From positions 248,478 to 312,477 of the forward strand of contig MNCI01001630.1 in assembly GCA_015680685.1 (NCBI GenBank): a stretch of 64,000 nt of DNA. Direction: 5' to 3'. The notes below the pieces were generated by a model. The model saw only the letters and a list, made by a program, of their open reading frames with translations, was not told the DNA's origin and searched no databases. Source of the DNA: Gnetum montanum (taxonomy: Eukaryota > Plantae > Gnetophyta). The stretch's first letter is position 1; each line of letters opens with the position of its first letter. This document shows positions 10,871-23,277 of the stretch, in pieces. A program made the translations under genes and the position numbers.

Positions 10871-13800
10871 ATGACTTCCTCGAGCACCGTTGCTAACACC
10901 TTCAATGTTGAGGTTCCTTTCACGGTTCAAGGCATCACAGGTGTCGAACAATCGTTCGTCCCAATGCTAGAACCGCATTGATCCCTCCGGATCCAAAACT
11001 TGGGTCCTGAGGACTTGGCCCGACAACATGAGCGTTATAACTTCATCTGTGCAAAGGTGCAGGCAAATCTGCCCTTGGATGTGCACAAACTCGAAGACAA
11101 ACGTAGCTTCGAGTTCGCTTACTGCGACGGGAAGGAGTTTGTTCCCACTTCTGGTGCTTCCATCTTATTGACACAGACAAATCAATAGCATATAGACCAA
11201 CTGATCCAGTTGGCTAGACTTAGAGAACAGCAGGACACGACATCTAACCATGACAACACCTTCCAGGACAAACAGGAGGAACTCGATCCCCAATCTGACG
11301 GGGAAGGTCAAACCAACCCCGTTACTGTCCCTTCTACCCAGTCCGTTTGGACCCACCCGTTGTCTGTTGCTGCTCCCTTCGTAATCACGCGTGCGCCTTC
11401 GCAGATCGCAATCACATCTGCGATGGGTAGCCATGTCAACCCCTTGCCAATTTCGCTCATCTCGTTTGCAACCACTATTCCTTTGCAAACCATTCATTAA
11501 TCCATCCCTGTAGCACATCACACGCCAATCACGGCTACCCTGCCACACATGCACATTGTACCGACTTCGCAGCTCCCGCTTCCATTCTCTCATTTAGGTT
11601 TGTCCCACCATTAGCAACAAGCCCAGGCCCGTCAACGTGGTGGACCCCGTTCACTACTCCCCCTGCTACGCTACCATCGCAGATGTCACACCACATTCAT
11701 CAACAGACCTACCAAGTGCCACAAACGATACTGCCTAGCACAGGGATCTGGTCTATTCCGCAAATAGTCTATCCCGCAACACAACCCTCGGAAGTTGCTT
11801 CAAGGGTACCACTCGTCAGTTGGTGGACGCCACAAGCAACACAAGTCGTTGGGGCCACCCCAATAGTACCGCCGATGGGTCATGCTACCATTCCTGCCAC
11901 CCCATAGATGGGAGCTGCCCTGGTAGTTCCCCAGCTGTCCACATCGTCCCAAGGTCTGGACCAAGCATTCCAGCTTATCCAAACCCTCACCGAGGAAATA
12001 AAATGCCTCAAGGCTGTTGGGTTTAACACGGTACAAGTCATGGACTTTTACTAGGATAACCCCATCAGCCCTACCATACCTGCACTGACATTACCCCCAA
12101 GGATGTCTCTCCCACACTTCACAAAATACAATGGGGAGGGGGATCCCAACACCCATCTTGTTACCTTTAGGTCTGAATCCCTTTTGTTGCAACAATGGTC
12201 GCACATGATTATTTGCGTATTCGCTATGTCCCTAACCGGAAGGACTTTAGATTGGTATCACGTGCTACCATGCTCATCTATTTCAACTCTGGAGGAGCTT
12301 CTGACCTAGTTCTTGATGCACTTCAAGTACAACTTGAAGCCAGAAATCACATTGGATTAGTTGATGAGTGTGAAGCAGGAACCTCTAGAGCCGGTCCAAA
12401 AGTTCATCCAACATTGGAGCGTAACCCTTAATGAAATCTGTGAGCCCGTCGCGGAGGTCCATTTGTTGGCCATCTTTAAGGGCGTAGTAAACGACTTCAT
12501 CAAGTCTAAACTATATTACCTTGCTCCTTGCACTCTTAGTCAGGCCTTTGCTCAAACTAAGAGCATACAGGATGTAGTCGAGGCAAGCAAAGACCCGGCC
12601 TATGTTGCCTAGAAAAACACCTTCGCAAAGAAGGATAAGGGTAAGGCTACAATTGCCACAGTGGCTGTTGTGGCAAGCGAAGCCAAGCCCAAACCCAGTA
12701 ACAACGGTAACAAGAGCAACAAGAAACCGACTGCAACCGTAGCTAATATCGTGCCCAAACAGGGCCACACATTGCAACTTGCCATACCCGCATATGAGAC
12801 ATTTGCACAACCCAAACCAAACTTCGAGCGTAAAGATTGCTTAAAGTACATCCTGCTTCCCCTCAAGCCTTCAGATCTTCTGAAGCAGCTATTGGTAGTG
12901 GGGTACATCTGGCACAAGCAGATGTTGGAGGAGAGAATCAGGAGACACCAATGCTATTGCGAGCTCCTTAGGAACCCTTCTTTGGCCTTGCCCAATGAGC
13001 CCCCAGTTCCTAAGGGTTTCAGGCTAGACAGATTTTGTGACTATTACCAATAGTGTGGTCACAACACAGATTACTGTCTGGCATTGCAGGATGACATCTA
13101 AAGATTGATCGATCAGGGAAAACTAGTGTTGGATGAAAGCAACCCAGTATGCCCTGAGAACCAATCTATGCATGTCTACCCAGACCCCCTCAACGCCAAC
13201 AATGCTACATCATCAACGCCATCGGTATTGACAGTGATCTTAGTCCATCCTAGCAGCCGTTCGTAGTCCGTGTGCCTTAGCATAGTGCACCAGCACTGCC
13301 AGCAACTGGCCGAAGCCCACAACAACCATTTGTCCTGAGGGTTCTTCCCTGGGCATCCATCCCCACGCTACCTATTAGCAAAACCATGCCACCTCGCCCG
13401 TTAACACCTTTAGCTCCGTTTGTCATCAGGGGGTCAACTCCTTCAACAGCCCTTGCCCTGCGCAAGATAATTGAACAACCTTCTCGTCCTAAAAAACGAG
13501 AAGTACATTTCACAGGTGAGACATCGAAGGGAAGTACCGCCTCAGGTGTTCCCAAGCCTACGTTATCACCTCCTGCGTCTACGCCATCATCACCAAAGAG
13601 GGACGTTGATACAACCAAGTAGTCCACATCGCCCTACCAAAAGGGGACTGAACTCAAATCCAAAACTACCCCTCCTTGGGAAATTCATCTCCTGGGACGA
13701 ATAGAAGAGGAGAAAGGCAGTAAACAGGGGGATAGCTAGGACCTCTTGGATGCCCTCTCCCAGGTCAAACAAGCTCTAAAACAAAAAAACACTACACTAA

Positions 13801-14400
13801 GCTTGTACGACCTAATCATGACATCTGTCCCGCATCGTGAGGCTCTGATCCGCATGTTGATGGCAATTCCAGTCAATGAGGACATGCCAGTGGAAGAGGA
13901 AGCAATCCATTCGATCATGCTTCCTTCTCCCCTTGTAGAGCTAGAGCCATCTCAACTAACTTTCTACAACGACTCCATTAGGGAAGATCCCGAAAGGGGT
14001 CAGGTGACTACGACATCCCTATTCATCACAATTCGGGTCGGCTGATACCGGATCCGAAGGGTACACATTGATGATGGGGCTGCCACGAATGTCATCCCCT
14101 TTCCTATTATGGACAAGTTGGGATTGGTCAACTAGATCAAACCCACAACCACGTCATGCCTAAAGTCATTCAACGGGCACGCATTCTAGTGAAGGGCATA
14201 GTCCACATAGACTTCGGGGTAGGGGACCAGTTCCCCACAAACGCAAAGTTCATCGTGGTTGAGGAGATGCTCGGGTTTAACCTGATCTTGGGGAGGTCAT
14301 GGTTAGCGTAACTTAAGGCTGTCTCCTCACCTATACACTAGGAGATCCATTTGCCTTACGTAGGCAGGGAGGTGGTGATCTGTGGTGATGAAGCGGCAAC
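10871..14400 (+). pseudogene. Element A gag and aspartic protease (stops, frameshifts)
   Basis: Gag core FTKYNGEGDPNTHL...SLTGRTLDWY (12103-12612), zinc-knuckle variant FCDYYQ*CGHNTDYC (~13030-13080), protease IRRVHIDDGAATNVI...NLILGRSWL (~14050-14400); Pro/Thr-rich upstream frame from ATG 10871. Confidence 0.85.
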
Positions 14401-14993
14401 ACAAGCAATCAACAACATAGGCATGGAGTAAGGCTCAGAGGTCATAACCTCTGAGAATGAAGCATCTGCCCCTACGCACACTAACCATCCAGTGGAGGAG
14501 TCGACTCAACAAGTCGGTTCTCAAGATGAAAGCGCGTGGACAGAGTTGCCATTCCAAGCGGAAGACAACAATGCAGATGAAAGCCTTAGCAGAGCGCCTC
14601 GGCCTTATGTCTTGCTCAACCCACGGTGGGTCAAGAAGGAGCTACGCATAGCGTAGCAACCCTACTACTTCCTGCCCAGTTGTCACCCTTTGTGCATTTA
14701 CCGCTTTTCTTATTCTGTGCACATATACATCTATACTAAGCATCGCTTTCTCTTATCGCATTTTCCCTTAAATCGCTATGGCCTAAAATGGCCTAAAACT
14801 ATGACACACGCAATGGCCTGAAATGGCCTAAAACTAGCACAAAAGAGTGAAAGTTTAGCATGACATTTAGCACATACATAACGCATAAGTTAGCGTGGAA
14901 TCAATTCATCTCTTTATTCAAAATTTTTTGTCTCTTAGACAATGCTTGCAAAAATGTTACAAAAAATTCAAAAATTCAAAAAGTCCCATGTTG

Positions 14994-17900
14994 TCATGGG
15001 TTGTCTCTGCCCGCATTATCTTCGTCATTTTCTTCTACATCGCCTTCTGCTGCATCGTCCTCTACTGCCCCTTCACTCTTGCCTTCTGTGGGCCTTGCGC
15101 CCTCATTTGGAATCTACAGCGTAGGAATGAAGTAGTTGGTTAGGGCAACAAACGCAAGTTACAATAGAGCATAAGCATTTACACAATAAAAAGTGACTGA
15201 CCTAAGAAGGACCTGCGTCCGTCTTGAAGGGTATCCAATCTAAACTAAGCCCAAGATGGTGCCAGACCTCCTCTTTTGTGATGTCCATCCAACGACTAAT
15301 GCTAGGTTCAGTGTCTGCTGTAGCCTTCTCCTTTTCGGCGGTCGTCCATCTTGGTAGTCCCGAAGAAAAGGAGGCGGTTGCAGTCTCACTTGTGGGAAGG
15401 TTCTCTTCCCATTTAGGAGATTCCATAACCTTTACCTACTTTTTGAACTTGTCATAGGCTTCAAAAATGCCAATGGCATCTACAAATGCCTTATAGGTAA
15501 ACGCTTCCACAGAAGCGTCCCTATACAATTTACGATAGGAGGAACAGTCTAGTTTATACATATGTTTATGGTTCTTTTGGGACTACCCCCATTTGTAAAC
15601 CTTGGCACTGAAATCCTTCGAATTCTGACACTTCTGGACCAACAAGTCCATTTGCATTCATTGTTCTATTATTTTGCAGGTGGCTTCATTATTTTGACGC
15701 ACGACTATCCAAAATGTGGCATAATCTACCATAGCTGTGCGCCAGTCCTCGTTATTGGTGTCACGGGTTATGAGGAGCTCGTTCCTCGACTTGAGGTCTT
15801 CCACCTCGGCACTCAGCTTAGCCTTCTCTCTCTCAACCTTTTGGACCCATTTTCATAGGTCTTCGTTGACGTGCTTGTACTCCCACAAGGAGCGGGCCGA
15901 GTGCAAAGCACATTTGCTGGCCTCGTCGTATGTGCGACGAGGCACCTCGGTTACTTCAGGTGGGAATGTAAGCATGACACCAACCTTCAAAGGCTGTGTC
16001 GGGTCCCATTTAAGTTGAGAGGCTGTCACAACATAAAGAGTATATTAATCACATTAACAGATAGCGTGGCAAGGTCAATGAACTCAGATCTCTAGCGTAG
16101 CAGCATAAGAACATCTAACACTACTACTTAACCACGTTAGGGTTGATCTGTTGAAGGTGGCTGACCATGTCGTCAACGACCCCCTAAATAAATGTAAACT
16201 TATCAAGGGTCTTAGCCCATGATTCTACACGGACTAGAGGTGGTCCTACGACTTTGGCAGTAGTGTTTTTCATGCAATTAAATAAGTCAACAATGACCAA
16301 AATGGGCTATGACAAAGTAGACGCGTTGCTGAACTCACCAGCATCTAGTTGCAGGTCCTCTTCCTGCTGACGCAAAATGATGGCGGTGGCCTTAGCAGAA
16401 GTCCCTCGCAAGTCTAGGTGGGCCCCTTCTTCGTTTGCTAACTCCTTTTCTTTTAAGGAACTAGCATCCTTTTTATTCACGGGAAACTCCTCTTCATCTC
16501 CAAAAATGTCCTTCTCATTAATAGGAGGATTCTGTCTAATAACAAGAGCCCCTACCTTAGCAGCAGGAGCTCCTTTCCTCTTAACCAGTGCTCTTTCTTT
16601 TGAGACTGGGGCCTCCGTGTCTTTATTTGTCGTTCCCATTTTGGGAGTCGACACCTCTTCGTCGCCTTCTTCTTCTTCCTCTTCTTCCTCTAGCAGCCAA
16701 AAAACACATGTTTGCGTTAGCTCAAAACAGGTTGGCATAAAGTAGGTGCTATGCTATGCTATGTTGTCTAGCGTAGCACAGCATAGTAGGCATTAACAAA
16801 GTAGGTGAAGAAATAAACATGAACGAAAGCATTTACCAATGGGGGATTGCATCCTCTGTAGTTTAAGCCGCAGTCGCCACCCCTTCTCTTCCTCCACATG
16901 AAGGGTTCCCTCAGTCGAAGCAGGCCTCTTTCGCTGCAACTTAGTGACCACAGTTTCAGCAATGAGATGCTTTCCCTATGATACACTATTGGCAACAGCT
17001 AGGGACATCTCTCCTACACTGTCTTGGCGACAAAAGTTGTAGGCCACCCGATCCTTAGTCGTTACAGAGAATGACTTCCCAATTATTTCTAGGGGATCTT
17101 AGGCTGGGGTGGTTTGGAGGACCTAGCAGATCCACAGTTTGAAAATCTGGTTGCGATTCTGCAATACCTAGATCCCTTTCTCGTGGACCACCAGATACTC
17201 TACGAAATGCCGTAGGCAGGCTATGTAGAAGGCATAATGAATGTTGGAACAAGACTCTTGCTTCTTATGGAGCCCCATGATTTTAGCTTGCAAGCCTATA
17301 CATAGAAACCTGGCCCAATTGTAGCAAGCCCCCTCTTCCATAACCTCGCGCATTACCTAGGCTTGCTCGATCCCAAGGACCTTCCTTTGGGAAAGTAGCT
17401 GGGGAAAGGTGCGAGAACGGAAGACAGGGCAAACTTCTCTGGCAGATCCTGCCTTGATCTTTTCCACAGGGATCCCCCTCTGCTCTTTAGGAACCCCTAT
17501 CCACTCCACGATGTCATCCTTCCGAAGGGTTAGCTCCTTCTTGGACTTCGACTGTATAAGGATTCCATTAGCAGGGACATTGAAAAGGTCTGCAAACAAC
17601 TAGTCATTGATGTCAATGACCACCTGCACACCATGAATGCGTGTGCAGAAGCAGTCCACCTTGTCGGAAAAGGAGTCCACCAAGGAGAGCATCTTAGTGG
17701 CATCTTAGTGGCAAGAACGTTTGGGTTCGGGGTTAGGAACAAATATAGCAACCCAGCTTTTCGGAGACTCCTGACCAAGGAATCTGAGGCTTCGCTATAT
17801 ATCCAACGTTGGCTCGCAGCTACTTCTTTGTATTTGAACTAGATATTTGCCTCCTGATTCTCGGTAGTTACCACCATCACCTCCTGGGGCTTCTTTGCCC

Positions 17901-19472
17901 CTACAACAGTTTGCATAGAAATGGCTAGCATAAGAACCCAAAAAATACAAAAAAATAGTAAAGACATTTTAGCATGTCGCACCTACTACTTAGTTTACCA
18001 GGCTTATATGGCAATGGGAATTGTGGGAGGGTGATCAAAACGTCGTCCATGGGGATTGGTTTGAAGGGTGTCCATCCCTCATCCAACCAACCAGACTCCT
18101 TACCCCTATTGTAGAGGATGGAAATTCTGGATAGGTGGGGTACTTGCCCCTGCATTGACATATAACACCTGCACAGATGTTCTCGGCAGAACAGAATTCC
18201 CGCAGGGCCATCTCTGCTATGGCAAGGGCATTCGTATTGCCATGAAGGCCTTGGTCATTGATTAAAAACCTGGTAACAAAAAAAAGTCATCAACATCTGA
18301 CCAAGCATAGTGACTATAGCATGGCATAGCAGAAACGGTGCTACAGAACTCACCCGCCAGCATAGTAGATGGTTCCTGGTGGGTTTTGGAAGCACGTCCC
18401 CATATGACGTGCAACAAACAATGTGTTGTAAAGATGGTAGCAGCTGTACTCAGGCATCTGCCAGATCTAAGCCAAACGCCTGAAACCATGGGGGTGCAGG
18501 TCGGATCCCTCTCCCTACCCGCTACCGACTACCCCATCTCTAAAATACCTCAGAATGCCCCGGGTTGCCCCAGGAAATAAGGTTTCTAGTATAATGATGG
18601 CCGCTACCTCCTCCTCTAAGTGTGACCAAACGATCACATTGAAGCATTGGAGGAGGAATTGTAGGAACTTTTGTGCTCCTATCCTGAACCAGACCGCTCG
18701 ATCTCCCACGCGTGTGTGAGAAGGAGGAACATTGGCCATGGGTTTGTTCATGCAGCACAGGACCTCGGCAATGTCTAGGACAACCAGAATTGGCTCGAGC
18801 ACTATCTTGCACAACACAATAGCAAACGTTCGCATCACATTCAAGTGTGACACACACATAACGTGTCATAAATCTAGCATTTTAGCATATAGCGTAACAT
18901 AAACCTCTTCCTATACATAGCATAGCAAAAATGTTGAAGCAATAGCGTAGTAAAGATAACCTGGTATAGCAACAGAGCGATTAGCCCCAATAAAAGCAGA
19001 TAGCACTACACCCTGATGAAACACGTGTCGCACTGTCACATCATGCTTGGCCAAACCCTCCTAGGGGTTCTACGCTACACCACATGAAAGTCAAGCAGCT
19101 TAAACCATCCAAACCTCTACGGTAATGATAGCTGTAGCGGTGGTAGTTTAGGCGACTATGCATACAACAATAGCATAGCATTTGTGCATCCACTGTGGCC
19201 TAAATGGCAACAACGATGATGTAAAGGCCGAAACAATGACAACGCAATGACAGGAAATACAGACATCCAAAATGAAGCCATAGAAACAGGGATAGGAGAC
19301 AAAAAATTATAATAGAAGCACAAGGAAACAAAGGAAGCATAGCGGCCTACCGGGTCAATGGTGTCTCCTCCTGTGCCGCGATGCACGCCTTTGTCATGCG
19401 CCCTAGATATTCCTTCACCTCATCAACCTTTGCGAGTGGCAAGTGTGTGCATTCTTTCTTTGGAGCCATCAT
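14994..19472 (-). pseudogene. Multi-exon antisense accessory gene inside element A (NIF/FCP1-like HAD domain + putative plant transposon protein-like domain + coiled coil + acidic tail)
   Basis: Minus-strand exons bounded by GT..AG: 19472-19351 (MMAPKK...), 18805-18354, 18269-17999, 17924-16837, 16689-16339, 16022-15202, 15113-14994 (stop TGA). Phases are consistent across the 84-, 74-, 147- and 88-bp introns; AATAAA at 14918-14913. Junctions within 19350-18806 and 16338-16023 are unresolved. Confidence 0.72.
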
Positions 19473-19785
19473 TCTACTTGCCGACTCTTCCTTGCTACTA
19501 TGCAAAAAACCATCTTGCTCTCTGTTAGCACAATCGTCCTACACTCCGCAATCTCTTTGTGTTCCGAATGTGGGCCTTGCGTTGTTACGGTGAAGATGGC
19601 AGTTTGGCAGTTTTGCATCTTCGCACCTTAGCGATCCACCATAACTCCAAGCTAGCAAGTTTTAATCTTCGTCTCATACTTTACCAATTACACACTATTA
19701 CTGTTGTGCAAATTTTTTCCATTATACACGATTATCGCGAATAGGTGCCACCTAAACAGACTTTCATTTCATTCTGGTAGGTCGA

Positions 19786-22700
19786 ATGGAAATCTATCGT
19801 GGTTTCTCTGCACCTTTGGCCTTAGCAAGTCCACATGGTAAGCTCGCAAGACAATTGAACCCAGACCTAATTAACTAGGAGTCAACCACAGCTAGCACCA
19901 TAGCATCCTTAGAAACATCCCTAGACTGGCCTGAGTATCTGGTCTGAGCTCTAGTTTTAGAGGTGTGGGGTATAACCGAGGACCCTCTCATCGAGATGCC
20001 TGTAACCACATCCAAGGGGGAAGTAAAAACATTAAAACTTAGTTCCCTCTTAGATGCGTAGACACATAAAGAGGTAGTCAAAATTCTGCAAGACAACATT
20101 AATTTCTTTGCGTGGTCGTATAGCAACATGCTAGGTTTGGATCTGAGGCTGATACAGCACAACATCATCCTAGACCTGCGCATGAAGGCAGTCAAGTAGA
20201 AAGCTCGCAAGGTTAAACCAGAAATTGCACTAGCCGTAAGGGATGAAATCACCAAGCTATACCAAGCTGGTTTCATCCGCGTAGTCAATTATTTGGAATG
20301 GGTGTCCAACATCGTTATGGTTTCCAAGAAAACGGGAGGAATATGGATCTGTATAGACTTCCAGGATTTGAACAAAGTAACGATCAAGAACAATTTACTG
20401 CTTCCAAGCATTGATCAACTCATCGACACTACAGCTGGTCATACTCTGTTATCCTTCATGGATGGTTTTTTCGGCTACAACCAGATCCGCATTAAGTCAG
20501 AGCATCAGATAACAACAACCTTCATGACCCCATGGGATACCTTTTGTTATACCATGATGCCTTTTGGGCTCAATAACGTCGGAGCAACCTACCAGTGAGC
20601 CATGACCTACATCTTCAGTGACTACATCCTAGAAATGCTAAACGACTATGTAGACGATATAACGGTCAAGTCCAAAGAAGCCGCTGATCACCCACGCGAT
20701 CTAGGGGTAGTCCTCAAGTGTTGTCAAATGCATGATTTGCGCCTCAATCCTAAGAAGTGTATCTTTGGAGTAAAAACCAGACACATGTTAGGGTTTGTAG
20801 TATTGGAGGTTGGAATACAAGTAAACCCTGACAAGGTTAAGGCCATCGTCAACTTGGCACCTCCTACGAACCTTAAGGAATTGTGCGATTTGCAAGGCAG
20901 AGTACAATTCATTTGGAGGTTTATAGCAAGGTTAACTGACAAGTTACACCCCATGCAACATCTTCTAAAGGAAGGAGTTAAATTCAAATGGATAACTCAA
21001 TGTCAATGAGCCTTCGATGACCTAAAGAAAGAACTTTCGCACCTCCCAACTGTGCACTCGCCACAAAGGGATAAGCCTTTCTTCATCTACCTTGCCACCT
21101 CTAACACATCTATCGTAGCACTGCTATGTTAGAAACGAGATGACAGATCTGAGATACCAGTGTATTATCTGAGTCATGCATTAATAGCGCACAAGGCGAA
21201 ATACAACGAAGTAGGGAAGAATAGCCTCGACTTAGTGTTTGCACTAAAAAAGTGGAGGCATTACCTGTTTTGTAGTACAATCAACATTATTTGCAAAAAC
21301 AACATACTTTGGGCTATCACCAACAACCTATATGAAAGTAGCAGGATAGCCCAATGGAAAGCAATAACCACGGAGTTCGACCTACACTATGTAAGCCAAC
21401 CGTCGACTAAGGGTCAAGCCATAGCAATGCAACTTACGGCCTCGCCCGTCGACAACCAAGCAACCATAGATCCTGAATTCCCAGACGAGCACGTTAGCAC
21501 TATCAACACCGTTCCACCGCATCCCAAAGCTATCTTGCACTTCGACGATTCCTTGACTGCACAAGAAGGCAACGTAGCTACCGTCATCACGTTCCCCTCT
21601 GGGGAAATGCACTCGTTTTCCTATCATTTTTCGTTCCCTAGCACGAACAATGTGGCAGAGTACAAGGGGCTACTCAGAGGCCTCTTAGCTACCCAAACAT
21701 TACACATACAACACCTAGCGATTTGCAAAGATTCACAACTAGTTGTGAATTAAATCATTGGGGTTTACGCTTGCAAAGCTACGCACCTACAACCCTACTG
21801 CGACCTAGCAAAAAGCCTGCTCGAACAGTTCGCAACCACAGATGTGCAACATGTGCCACGCAACGAGAATACTATAGCAGACGCCTTAGCCACCCTAGCA
21901 CTAAATATCCCACCACACTCATTCGTAAATTTGCCTACCTTGATCGTCGAATGTACTGAGCCTATCACTTAGGTGAGACACGTGGCCTCTATCGATGCTG
22001 CGGACACCCAGGAGTGGTATGCCAACAATAAAGCCTACTTGCAACACGGTGAACCCCCAAGTGGATTGACATCTACCCAGAGAGATGCGATCCGAAAGCG
22101 AGCTCGGCAATACGTGCTCATGGAAAATGATGTCCTATGTAAACGTTCCTATGACGGGATATTGCTGGCCTGCGTGGGTGGGGAGCAGGTGCAGAAGGTA
22201 ATTAATGAAGTGCATGAGGGACTGTGTAGTGGACACATAGCACCTAGGGCTATGGCTACGAAACTCAGACGCCTAGGGTACTATTAGTCCCATATGGAGC
22301 ATGACTGCCTGTCGAAAGTCAAGACGTGTGACACATGCTAGAGGCACGTAAACCTCATACACGTTGCACCTACAGAGTTGCACCCAACACAGATCACATG
22401 GCCTTTCCAACGATGGGGACTAGACCTCATAGGACCTATCACACCTAAGTCCTTCGTAGGACATAGCTTCATCATCGCTGCCACTAAATATTTTACTAAG
22501 TGGGTGGAAGCTATTTCTCTAAGGAAGACGACATCTCAGCAGGTTTGCCACTTCATCCTAGATAACATCATGACAAGGTTTGGGCTTCCGATGACTATTG
22601 TATTAGACAATGGGCCATAATTCAGTAGTACGAAAACCTAAACCTTCTGCAGCAATCTTGGCATCATGCAATCGTTCTCCTCCCCATACTATCCATAGGC

Positions 22701-23255
22701 AAATGGGCAAGCAAATATTACAAATAAGACCATCATCAATTTGCTGAAGAGAACACTCAACAATAGCAAGAGGTGGTGGCATGAGAAAATCCTCTATGTT
22801 TTGTGGGCCTACAGGACGACGTGTAGAACCGTGACGAGTAAGACTCCTTACAGTCTTGTTTATGGATCTGAAGCTGTGTTGCCTCTTAAGTTGCAGGTAC
22901 CATCACTCCAGATGATCTTATTTGATGTTGTGAGTGAATCCCAGAACAACGAGTCGTGGATCATCGACCTTGACTCAATAGAGAAGGAGCGTGCATAAAC
23001 CCTAAGTCACATAGAGCACTACCAAAGCAAACAACAAAAAAGCATCATGAAAACCCGCATCAACAGCCAGTATAGAAGGAAGACCTCGTCCTCAAGGCCA
23101 TCCGTGAGCATGTGAGCAAATTCTTAGCCAACTGGGAAGGCCCTTACATGGTCACTAAAGCCTTTGTGAATGGAGCCTTCAAACTGATGGACATGGACGA
23201 CAATGAGTTCACCAACTCGGTAAATCACTCATACCTCAAGCCGTACTACATCTAA
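19786..23255 (+). pseudogene. Element A pol: RT, RNase H, additional (archaeal-like) RNase H, integrase
   Basis: WVSNIVMVSKK...CIDFQDLN, MPFGLNNVGATYQ, YVDD (~20647), RH YYLSHAL...ALKKWRHYL, aRH ILHFDDS...TNNVAEYKGL...DSQLVV (~21530-21900), INT VHEGLCSGH, WPFQRWGLDLIGP, NWEGPY, stop TAA 23253-23255. Confidence 0.93.
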
Positions 23256-23277
23256 GCACATGGAGCAGATAGGCAAT

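Noticed and set aside
14895-15143. Hydrophobic Cys-rich plus-strand ORF suggesting an env-like TM protein
   Set aside because: It is the reverse complement of the acidic GAA/GAT-rich last exon of the antisense gene.
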